DNA from: Macrostomum lignano
Taxonomy: Eukaryota
Assembly: GCA_002269645.1 (NCBI GenBank)
Contig: NIVC01000493.1
Location: forward strand, 434,001-498,000
Reading direction: 5' to 3'
DNA length: 64,000 nucleotides
A program made the position numbers and the translations under genes. How positions within the stretch are numbered: position 1 is the stretch's first letter; every line of letters begins with the position of its first letter. This document shows positions 12,345-24,400 of this stretch, in pieces. The notes beneath the pieces are model-generated. The model did no database searches, was not told the origin of the DNA, and saw only the letters and a program-made list of their open reading frames with translations.

Positions 12345-12840
12345 GCTGCCGCTCTCTTCAGAGTCCTTGAGAATCTGCCTCTTCTCTCCCTTCAGAGCCC
12401 TTGAGAATCTGCCTCTTCTCTCCCTTCAGAGCCCTTGAGAATCTGCCTCTTCTCTCTCTTCAGAGTCCTTGAGAATCTGCCTCTCCGCTCCTTCACTGTC
12501 CTTGAGAATCTGCCTCTTCTCTCCCTTCAGAGTCCTTGAGAATCTGCCTCTTCTCTCCCTTCAGAGTCCTTGAGAATCTGCCTCTCCGCTCCTTCACTGT
12601 CCTTGAGAATCTGCCTCTCCGCTCCTTCAGTGTCCTAGAGAATCTGCCTCTCCGCTCCTTCACTGTCCTTGAGAATCTGCCTCTCCGCTCCCTTCAGAGT
12701 CCTTGAGAATCTGCCTCTCCGCTCCTTCAGTGTCCTTGAGAATCTGCCTCTCCGCTCCTTCAGTGTCCTTGAGAATCTGCCTCTCCGCTCCCTTCAGAGT
12801 CCTTGAGAATCTGCCTCTCCGCTCCCTTCAGAGTCCTGAC
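12345..12840. repeat. Intronic ~30-bp minisatellite (GAGAATCTGCCTCTCCGCTCCTTCAGTGTCCTT-like)
   Basis: Shares TGAGAATCTGCCTCT with 9890-10650; lies within intron 12204-12923. Confidence 0.95.
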
Positions 12841-12923
12841 AATCCGGCTCTCTTATTGTGTAGAATGTAATATAATACGAGTATATAATATATAACCTAT
12901 ATTAGAATATATTATACTCTTAC

Positions 12924-13387
12924 CTGTACTTCAGATACAGCACAACTGGGTACCGATGCGAGTCGCTAGTGAGGTCTATCAGCTGGTCATTGCCAACTTT
13001 CATCGAGTGCCGATCCTCATAGTCGGTGTTGGCGATGCTCAGCTTCTGTCCGGCGGCCAGCCGGGTGACTCGCAGTCGCATGAACCAGAAGCTGATGCCG
13101 CGCGGGTCGTCAACTCGAGCGCCAAACGGCACCAGAGGAGTTCGGCAAAGTTTTTTGGTGCCATGTGGCGCCGGCGCCGTGGTCAGCTTGAAGTAGCCCT
13201 CGATGGGGATCACCTCCGGGGAGGCGCGGTCGCAGTCGCTGTCTATGGCCGGAGCGCTGAGAAAGTGCAGCACCCTAGTCGGGCGGTCGGATGACTCAGT
13301 GTCGAATAGAATAAGGGCTCGGCCGGACCCTAGCAACCGTATGGCAACGGTCAACAATTGCAGGAACAGCAGCCCTTGCTGGGACAT
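12924..13387 (-). CDS. Exon 1 of the type I membrane protein (signal peptide plus CUB-like region); spliced product ~609 aa
   Basis: ATG at 13387, N-terminal hydrophobic MSQQGLLFLQLLTVAIRLLGSGRA, donor AG|GTAAGA at 12923. 464 + 1366 nt = 610 codons. The CUB call is by eye (two Cys, beta-rich pattern). Confidence 0.75.
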
Positions 13388-14470
13388 TTCTCATTCCAGA
13401 ACGCAGAGGAGGCGCTTATTCAGACAATGTTCAGCATTTCTGCTCCTGGAAAGAAAAATTGTGGCCACAAGTGCAATAATTTATCATGCAGAGCTATTAT
13501 TCATCCAATGGCACATTTACGAAAGCAAGCCGTCGAAGTCAAACCGCTAGGGCAAAGAGTAGCGCATCTGGTGCTTGCCAAAATGTGGGAAGATAAATGG
13601 TTAAACGGTTTGCGGCCTCCGCCTTGAACGCAGAAGATGGAAATTGTGCGGATAAAGTGCGCAGTTTCTTGGGTCACGGTCAATGGGGGTAAAGTTTTCC
13701 ATTACCATCGCCCTCTCGACCCCTGCAGCGATCGCCCCTAACGAGACTGGAAACGCGCCATACTATGCTGGGAGTTGCAAAGCTTCTCCTTGAATACTTT
13801 AGAGGCAGGAAAAAATCAGTCAAAGACAATTGTAGGCAGCAAGGTCCAATGCCAAGAGAGGAGAGGGGAGAGGTAGAGAGATCTGCTAGTTACCAGGGTG
13901 GATTAGCTTAGGATACAAAAACCAACCCAACTCCCAGCCCAACTGTGTTCCGACACTTGATCGATGAGGTGCCTCTGGCAGCCATAGAAATTGCCCCGTG
14001 GCTGCGTATGCGTCGATGCAAAGTCCAATTCTCTATCTTTACTTACAACAGAAGCTGTAGATGGCAGAGGCAGAGAGAGATCATTTGTGTTGGCCTGCAT
14101 TCATTATTCATTCATAGCGACGGACTTGCAGGTTATTTATGCGCAGAATGCTAATCAATACCCAGTTTCCAAATACATATGCGCCCACAATATCAGTTTG
14201 ATCAATTTGTGCGCTAAAATGTAATCCGATATGCGCCAAATAAAATTGCAAATTGTTGAGATTTATTTGCCAGTTGGCAGTGATGGCATGCTGTTGTGCG
14301 GGGTTCGATTTTGTCAAGCAAACTGTGAGCCCGATCAGCCAAAACTACCCTGTGATATTGCCGCTTCATCCTGTGTTAATTGGGGCTAAACTCTTCACCG
14401 CCGAAATTAAAACTCAACATCAATGCGGCCAGGTGTGGCGCATCTTTAGGACTTGTGTTACTGTGCATAG

Positions 14471-14530
14471 CAGGGGTCGGCAACTCCGGCCCTCGGGTTT
14501 TTTGAAACTAGGATTCGGCCCGCTCAAGAT
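14471..14530 (+). mobile_element. Possible hAT/Charlie-like left terminus fragment
   Basis: CAGGGGTCGGCAACTCCGGCCC..CGGCCCGC resembles hAT termini; no matching right TIR found. Confidence 0.3.
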
Positions 14531-14534
14531 TTGC

Positions 14535-14955
14535 GTCTCTTCTCAGCTGTCTTTCTCTCTTCTCTTCCCTCTTCTCTCTCCCCTCTCCTCTCTCAGTCTC
14601 CTTCCTCTCTGCTCTCTCCCTCTCTCCTCTCCCCTCTCTCTCCTCTCCCCTCTCTCTCCTCTCCCCTCTCCCCTCTCTCTCCCCTCTCCCCTCTCTACCC
14701 TCTCCTCTCCCTCTCTTCTCTCCCCACCCTCCCCTTTCTACCCTCCCCTCTCTCCTCTTTTCTCCCCTCCCTTCTCTCCTCTCTCCTCTCTCCCCTCTAC
14801 TCTATCTCCTCTCTCGCTCTCCTCTCTCTCCTCTCCCCACCCTCCCCTCTCTCCTCTTCTCTCACCACCCTCCCCTCTCTCCTTTTCTCTCCCCTCTCCT
14901 CTCCCCTCTCCTCTCTCCCCTCTCTCCCCTCTACTCTCTTTTCTCTCTCTCTTCT
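14535..14955. repeat. Polypyrimidine (CT-rich) low-complexity tract
   Basis: About 420 bp almost entirely C/T. Confidence 0.95.
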
Positions 14956-16641
14956 TTCAACCCAGAGCTGCAGACAGGGTGATTTGGAGCTGGTGAACTC
15001 AGCCTAACTTTCAATTCGCCATCGGTTTTACCAAGGTTTGACGCCAGCAGCCTTTTCAGCTGCGCACTAAATACGCTAACTTTCTGATATCTAAAACTTT
15101 CAATTGAGAGCAGAAATACGATCTAATTGTAGAAAACAAGGACCCAAACTCGTCCTAGGGCTAGCCTAGTAGCTCGTACTAAAATCATTAGGTTCTGCAC
15201 AGCACGCTTCACTTTTTTGTCTTCTTCAAAGAAACTATTATTGACCGTTTACCGGAAATTATTTCCTCAGTCCATAGGCAAAAAATAGCAGCTTTTTTCT
15301 CATCTTTTATCCCCACGTAGAAAGCGAGGTTTGACTATAGGCTTTTAGGCTTTTGGGATAACACAAGTGCAGTATAGCTATCGATGACTAAACTGAAGTC
15401 AGCTGCGTCACGTCATCCCTTATTAGCAAGAGCTGGGTGCACCAATACTTGCTTGTAATAATAGCAACGTACTTTGCCCCCGTCGCGTGTATCCGTTCCG
15501 CACCCCTCTTTTAGGTTCCTAAGAGTTTTCGTATGTTTTACGAGTACCCGCCCGTCCATGTGTGTGTGTGTGGCCATCCAGGTCGTGATGAGTCACGCGG
15601 ATATCCCCCCCCCCCTGAGGCAGGCGTGAGTCAGTGGGAAAATTAATTTTGCTGCTAGTAAATTTGGATTATAAGCCATTTGGGATCTGTCCTGTCACGG
15701 GGATTTAGAGGATTATTCTTTCTCACGGCTGTACAGGAGCCTAAACTCACCTCAATTTGAAGACAGATTCTTGATAGTCGCCACGATTCAAGGATTAGTC
15801 TCTCTTGACTCCGATTGACTCCTTGCTGTGTTGTGCTTTCTTTTAGTAGGCAACTGGTAAGAGTAAAAAAGAGAGCCAGAAAGCGACAGGAGAGGAGGGG
15901 GAGGTGGGCAAGAGAAAGAGCGCGGAGATGATTGGCGCAGGTGGTAGGAAGGGATCACGGACAGGTTCCAGAGAGCCTGCTGCCTACAGAGGAATCCAAA
16001 TTTTCTCCCTTCGCTTATACGGCCGGGTAATTTGGACCGCAAAGCTTTAGTCTGGGCAAGAATAGGCAGTAGAGGCAGAGGAGGTGACGCGCAGGGGATC
16101 AGTGCGGATTGGAGGAGCGGCCGGCTTGGGGATGAGAGAAACGGCGAGAGAGAAAGAGGAATGGAGAGACGCTTTGGGCGAAATTGTGTGGTTTTGTTAG
16201 TGCACACGCGCGTGTTTTTTACGTAAAAATCGCTTCTACCCACGAAGCCTTGAACCAACACACACGCAGACAGGAGAGCTGTACGCCTTTTGGTAGATTA
16301 ATAGAAACGAGGGGAAATGAAGGAAATGAGGCTACGCTACGAAGCGGATTGAAAAAATGGGGCAAATACTTGAATCCTCACTAGGCGGAGGATTTTGGGG
16401 CGAATATCTCAGGATTTGAAGTCGAAAATTCGACTAGGGTTTCGAAAGTCGTTCGCCCGTCTTGCTCCGCCCCACCCCCCCCCCTACTAACCCTCACGCT
16501 TTCTATGCCTGCGTGATGGCGGATGTGAAAGACGCTGCGATCGACTCGGCGCTGAGCAAACTGACCGATTTTTTCTGGGTTGGGAGAAAGCAAACTTTAC
16601 CACCCACTAATCCCAGCTGACTGGCCGAGCTTAGTGCCTTC

Positions 16642-17947
<1,306 letters not shown>

Positions 17948-18477
17948 TATACATGTCTTTATTGCACTGGTTGGAAATCGCGGCAAACTTTTACCCAGTT
18001 ACTTACAATAATCTATCAGAGCAAGCAAAGCTATGTAGTGAAAGCAAGAGTACCCGGATATGCAAGAAAAAAGAGATCGATAGCAGTGGCCCTTTCATAA
18101 CAGTCGTCGTAATAAGTGAACGTCCGTTCAGCCCACCATTCCCAAGGGGGGGAGTGAAGGACAATTAAGCCGAAACAGAACTGATGAAGTTCAGCCCTCG
18201 AGAGCGAGTTTTATAAACTGGCGGCTGCTATAGGGGCTCTGCCGCAATATCGCTTAATAAATAAACTGAGTATTCATCAGGCGGCCCTGTGCATTGCATA
18301 CTGAGAAAATTGCCAGCCAAGCCAGGCGATCGGGAAACTCCATCGAGGTGCACTTTTTTCGAGGGGAAAACTGCGCGCATCGGCAGCCATGATGAAGAGC
18401 CAATCGTTTTCTATATAGGCCATGTGAGCAGATTATGTCTGAAATAGACTAAGCGCAATGCAGCATCATTTTCTACA

Positions 18478-18740
18478 GGGTTGTAGCCTAGTGGTTAGAG
18501 CGTCGGACTCATGACTTGAAGGTCGGGGGTTCGATTCTCGACTCACTTGAAACAATTTGTGTCCTTGAGCAAGACACTTAACTCTGCATTGCTTCAGTTC
18601 ACCCAGCTGTAAAATGGGTGCCAGCATTAGCTGGGGTAATTGAGGGTGTGTGGCGACCCCCCCCCCCGAGTCCTTGGACTGAACAGCCGTACGCAGCCTC
18701 CAGATCTGCCCATTTGGGCTTCCACGCATTGAATTTAATC
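18478..18740 (+). mobile_element. tRNA-derived SINE with a CORE-like central domain
   Basis: A box TAGCCTAGTGG, CTCATGA loop, B box GGTTCGATTC, then TGTGTCCTTGAGCAAGACACTTAACTCTGCATTGCTTCAGTTCACCCAGCTGTAAAATGGG, which resembles the MIR/CORE consensus (TGTGACCTTGGGCAAGTTACTTAACCTCTCTGAGCCTCAGTTTCCTCATCTGTAAAATGGG). The 3' boundary is approximate. Confidence 0.75.
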
Positions 18741-19559
18741 CAAGATATGTTTGCCAAAGTACGAGTAAATAGAGCTTTTGTCTATGGCAGCAAGGCTGGC
18801 ATTAGTCTCCCGTAGTATTTCAAGGAAAAGTACAACAGATTGATAAACTTGCAAGTGCAGCGTCATTCTATTGGAGTTGCCATCGATTTATAGTATGTAG
18901 ATAGACTTCAAACCAGATGAACACCTCGCTTATGACAGATTGTTAACAAACAATCGAAATTGTAAAACTTATTTAAGCTTCGGCAAGCTTTCGTACATAA
19001 AAATAGGTCAGATTTGCATTCCAGGAACGGGCTGGCTGTGCCGCGATACTCTTTCTAACCGCCTTTCAATAGTTGTCAAACTACCTAGCCGTGACCTGAC
19101 TTTTTAATTTATGTGGAATTCTGGTCAGCAGTGCCGCATTCCAGCTCGATGTGAACTGCATGTCAACTGAGACACCATGTTAGCGTGTATCTAAGCTTAC
19201 AATGCAAGGGGCATTGTTCTGTTCTGAGAGACAAGCTGTCAGCAGCGCAAATCCTATATTAATGCGCAGATTCCGGTGGACTTTTCTCTCATTTGCGCGC
19301 AGCATGTGCCCGGCTAAACTGTGCGTGACATTTACAAGAGAGCTGAGCCTGTGGGATATGTGATGATGGGCTTAGGATTTTGATGAGCCCGAGACATGCA
19401 GCCTATTTTACTGTAGCTACCCAGAGTAGAACGGAATGAGAGTCTGCAGCAAGTCGATTGTCTCAGAGCCAATCATCCGCTCCTGCTGCTTCGAGATGGA
19501 CGTGTCCAGGAGCTGAGCAGCTCAACGGTGAATGTGTCTGACTCTCGCGCCACAGAACC

Positions 19560-19780
19560 CATTTGGGGCTTGTGTGCACGAGAATTGGCCGGGCTGTTGT
19601 CATGGGATTCACCAACCCCCTCCCCCCATGGCGCAGAGAGTGTACATGCCTGACAGTTGGAAAGTCAGCGCCGCTGTACACCCTGTGTGAGCGTGTGCAC
19701 GAGTGCGTGCCTGCGTACAGTATTGACGCGCTTGTACATGTGTGCTCAGGAGTCAGCGGGATGGGCAGAGTTGCCGTCAG
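19560..19780 (+). repeat. Dispersed repeat, copy 1
   Basis: GGCGCAGAGAGTGTACATGCC..AAAGTCAGCGCCGCTGTACACCCTGTGTGAGCG..CAGGAGTCAGCGG; matches 20560-20680 and the reverse complement of 40255-40380. Confidence 0.75.
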
Positions 19781-20559
19781 CGCTGGCTGTGGGACGATGT
19801 CGCCGAAGGCGTTGCTCGGGGTTGCCCGCAGCCCTCCTACAAATATTATTATTAGTGACAGACGTGTCCAATCTCATCAGCTTCCGCGATTCCTAAAAAG
19901 TTTCCGAATATCAAAGCAGTTGGAGCAGTTCAGCAGTTTGCGCGTCTGACTTTTGCCCCAAAATGATACGTGGGTTCGATTCCGTCTTCCGTGCACGACT
20001 GCGTTAAAATTGTGTAGTGAGCCGCTACTTGGTGTTAGGTGTCGCACTATTTTAAGCCGTTTCCCTCGCCCTCGCCCTCGCCCTGGGCTGTTGTCTGCCG
20101 CTGGGCAGCCTCCCTCCCCTTTTGTCTGCCTGTTCTCTGCCTTCCTCCCTTTTTTCTGCACTCTTGTTTGCAGCCAGGGGCATCTCTGCTGTGGTCTGCT
20201 CTTCGTTTCGCTCCAGTCTTGAAGTCACGGTTGGTGGTCTGTTTTCCCTTGTCTTGTGAGCAAGTCACACGACAAACCGTGTTTTCCTGCAGTCCAAAAG
20301 TACATTAAACATGTTTAATGCACTCGCTGGCCTGTGTTTACGGGGGAATCACGTGTCCCAGGACCCCGGCCTTCTTTAAGGCGGGAGGTGACGTCAGTTC
20401 TAAAAATAGGTACTGACATCACGTGGTCTGGTGCACACTGCCCGAGGACCCCAGCCTTGTATAAGGTGGAAGGTGACGTCAGTTCTAAAAATAGAACTGA
20501 GTCATGCGGTCTTGCGCACAATGGCTTCCTTGTTTTTCCTTTTTAATTGGTTTCTGCAG

Positions 20560-20680
20560 TTCACACCCATGGGGGCCGAACCCAATATCGCAGAGTCTAT
20601 ACTGTCTGACGATGAGAAAGTCAGGGCCGCTGTACACCCTGCGTGAGCGCCTGCATGCGCATGTATCCGTAAGCGCGCTC
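20560..20680 (+). repeat. Dispersed repeat, copy 2 (diverged)
   Basis: AAAGTCAGGGCCGCTGTACACCCTGCGTGAGCG. Confidence 0.65.
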
Positions 20681-21294
20681 TCCTTGAGCGTGAGGTGGCA
20701 GCGGGTCGGCTCTCGTCTCTGATTTGTGTCAGCGCCCAAAGCCCGCTGCGAACTGTCAAACAAACTAAGGGATGACTTGATTATCATGCCGCAATACCAG
20801 GTTTGGCTTTGAGATGAGTGGTGAGGTCTATCAGGTGTGTCAGCAGGAGTGCTATACGAGCTCGTAGAAACGCTATGCGTGGACAACTCAAGCGAAGGGC
20901 GCTGCGCTGAGACGTTAAGTTAGAAAGTTTTCGGTTGTTTTAACACTAGATATACTATAGCTCACGTTCTGGACTTCCAAATTACTCGTGCAAAAGAAGC
21001 AAGCATGTGTCAAGATATTTTTTCATGATACCGGCAGACAAGCAATGATTCAGGGTATTTTGCTAGATGGATATTTCTCGAAAGATTTTTTATGGCAAAA
21101 TTCCACTCAGCGCAAATGCGAAAAAAGCAAATTTTAGCAAAATCAGCAACTCTTTTTTTGAGCGTTGCTGCTCTCTAATAGCATTTTTTACTTTTTCTCA
21201 ACAAGCCTGCGAGTGCACCTCGAACGAAGCAGCACTCTTTTGATTGATTTGTCCACGGTGCTACGCTGCAGCTTCTTAATTTTCAAGGTTAAAA

Positions 21295-21430
21295 GTACTC
21301 AAGGTGACGAGTACTCAGGGTGAGTAGTACGAGCTACTCAGGGTGAGTGTACTCAGGGTGAGAAGTACTCAGGGTGGGGAGTACTCAGGGTGGGGAGTAC
21401 TCAGGGTGGGGAGTACTCAGGGTGAGGAGT
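21295..21430. repeat. ~17-bp minisatellite (GTACTCAGGGTGGGGA-like)
   Basis: About 8 tandem copies. Confidence 0.85.
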
Positions 21431-24400
21431 GCTCAATGTCAGGAGTAAGGCCACGAGCTCATTAAGAACCCCCAATAAAAATCATGGCTACATTTCTGTG
21501 GTGAAGCAACCAGTGTTGATTGCTACAGAATTCGGGAAATGAAAATTCTCGCTACGAATAATTTGTCATTAGTTCCACACACCAGGCGCCGTGAGTGCTA
21601 AAACCTTTTTTTGTACCCAACAGCGCATACTTTGACTGGGCAAACAGCAAGGCCACATGTAGATTGTCCATTCGTTGATTGTTTGCAGGTCAGATCACAT
21701 GGCTTGCACTCACCGCATGCTATTAGCTACATATGCATGTAGAGCAGATGACTTTCCAGAGCCTGTAGCTTTAATTCTGTATGCAGGCAGCTCTCAATCG
21801 TCACAAAAGGACCCAGTTGCCCATCACAAGCGCGTGTTTGAATTGAACTATTGCATGTAAACTTTACTATTTACATCTTCATCATCATGAGTTACTCTTT
21901 TGTTGGCTGTGAAACACGAATTCGCATTTCCTCAATGACTAATACCAAGCATCGTGTACCGTTGCCATATAGCGGCTTCACTGCAGGCTAACACGGTTGC
22001 GATCAGGCATTGATTGATGGAGGCTTGTTATACTCGTAGTTAAACAACAAGAGCCTAATTTCAGCCTCTTCGGACGCACTTTGGGTGCACACTGCATGGG
22101 AATCCATATATACGTACCTGTACGTATAATGTATAAGTGCGTAATTAACTATCCACAACAATCTGCCATTTCCTGTGACGTCGGATGCAAATGAATGAAT
22201 TTGCATTATGCCGACGCTAGCTAAAAGTATCTCACTGCATGATCTTTTGCGAAAAAAAGGTTTTTATGTCAGCCGCCTTCAAAATATTGTAAAAGTGCGT
22301 ACTCGTATCTGCCAACGTCTATCGACGTCGGAATATTGTACAGATATTCAGAATACAGGTACAGGTATTGTATAATGTATGTACTGTACAGGTATACAGT
22401 GCAGAGTACGAAATTTGTGCTGGACTCGACATTCAATGGTCCCACAGTATCTAATATGCCGTCGTCGACTTAAATCGTCACTTGTATTTGGGAATTCTTC
22501 TTCACAAAAAATAAAACATGCAAATGCAGAGCCGCTTCCATATATAGTTGCATTATGTTCACATACATGTACATGTACATGGACTGCTAATGATTTCATG
22601 TTATAATTGCAATACATGCATGTATTCCATCTCCCCCCTACACCATTTGAGCCTAAAAACTGCATGGGCATGTACTAAAAATACATCAGCCTGATTTTTT
22701 TTGACTACGTCATCAGTTTGGTCCAGAATATAGCTTATATCAACGTACATGTTTGCTAAGGACTAATTTGAAAAAGCATATAAAAATATAATCTTTATAT
22801 GCCTTTTCAATGAATAAATTATGAATAATGAATCTTATGAATAAATATAATTCGTCATATAAAAATATAAAGAACTAAATATGAAAAGGCCTAGCGGTGC
22901 TAAGTGGGGTTAAAGAGCCTAGTGGGAACGCATGATAATTATTACTTTCGCTACTCAAAAAGAAAATTTGCTTCTTTTCCAGCAATTAAATGTATATACT
23001 AACATACGCTACGCATGCATAAAACAAACATGCGTATATATGCATTTATGACCTCCTTTGCCTTTTCATTTCGTCCATAAATAATAGAATTTACAACTGA
23101 AAAGTCTATAAAATTTCACAGAAATAAATAAACCAAATGATTTGTAACAAGAATTTTTATTGCATACTATTTTTAAAACAGCTTCTATTTTGATTTACCT
23201 ATTTAATACAAATGGCGCGCGTTTGACCAGCGTAGCGTGCTAAGTTAAATTCCATATTTACATAGAGTGCTAATTATCGGACTTTTTAAAGTCATATCGC
23301 TTGGCGCAATTAATAGGACTAGGGCCACCATGCTATGTAGATTAATTTTATCAATCCCGCTTATTACACAGGTAATTTTCTCAATATTTTAATTGTATAA
23401 GCATAAAGTACGACCTGGGTTTATTTTTTTGTGCGTAGAGTGTGCATATGCACCTTAAATTTTAAAATTGCACGTTGAAATTGAAATATAGGTGCGGTTT
23501 AGGTGCAGTCTCATAACCTATTTTTCTATTAAAGCCTCATTCGCACTGCCTTAAAATAAGAAAAAAGAGCAATTGCACTTTGAGCCTTAAAATTGCACCA
23601 TGAAAGTGAGCATAGGGTGCAATTTTGCACCTTGTCTCTGGCGAAAAAGAAAACCAAAGTATCGTGTATGGAGTATGTTGTTAATTAGGTTGCTAATTAA
23701 ATTAGTAGATCGTCATATTCCATGTCGTCATATATTATGAAGAATTGATTTAAGCTTTCAGATACCGAATATCAAATATTACTAGCTGAATACTCATAAT
23801 ACTTTGTCATCAATCGGTAAAATGGTAATGGATGACAATGCTTTGTATAGTGATTCACTATATTGTTTGTAGGGCCTATAGTGAATAATTAATGCACTAC
23901 ACACAAAACTCCTAGAAATTTGGACACTTCTTTGTCCTCAATCACAAGAGAAGAGAAATCACCAAAAATTTAGGACACATCTTTTTAACATAATATAAAA
24001 ATTGAAGCAATTCATACTTTATACACATCATTTCCATATTAATTCATTTGGAATTGACACAATTAGCAATTCAACCAGGGTCCAGATTCTATCGTAGTAT
24101 ACACCAGAACAAGAATCCTATCTTAGCTTAATGTAGGCCAGTGTATGCCAAGAAAGAAAAAATTCCCTTAAAATTTATCCCAAAGTTTCTACTAAAAAAG
24201 TTCATTCAGTTTTCACAAGTTGAGTTTTCTAAGAGAGGCTTTTGTACAAAACATCTTTTTTAAATATTACAAAAAAATTTTATTTTTAACAAAAAAATAC
24301 TTCTCTAAAAATAATGACACAAAATTTGTTTTTAGCAATAATTTTTACTAATTTAATTTATTTTTTATTTTAAAGAAGCAAAGAGTTTATCACTAGTTTT

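Noticed and set aside
22348-22671. Possible C2HC zinc finger (CFIFCEEEF..LSRRRHIRYC) on the minus strand
   Set aside because: Ligand spacing is off, the surrounding frame is low complexity (TACA repeats), and there is no splice support.
22904-22913. GGGG|TTAA as a second piggyBac end
   Set aside because: No matching TTAA|CCCC partner or transposase nearby.
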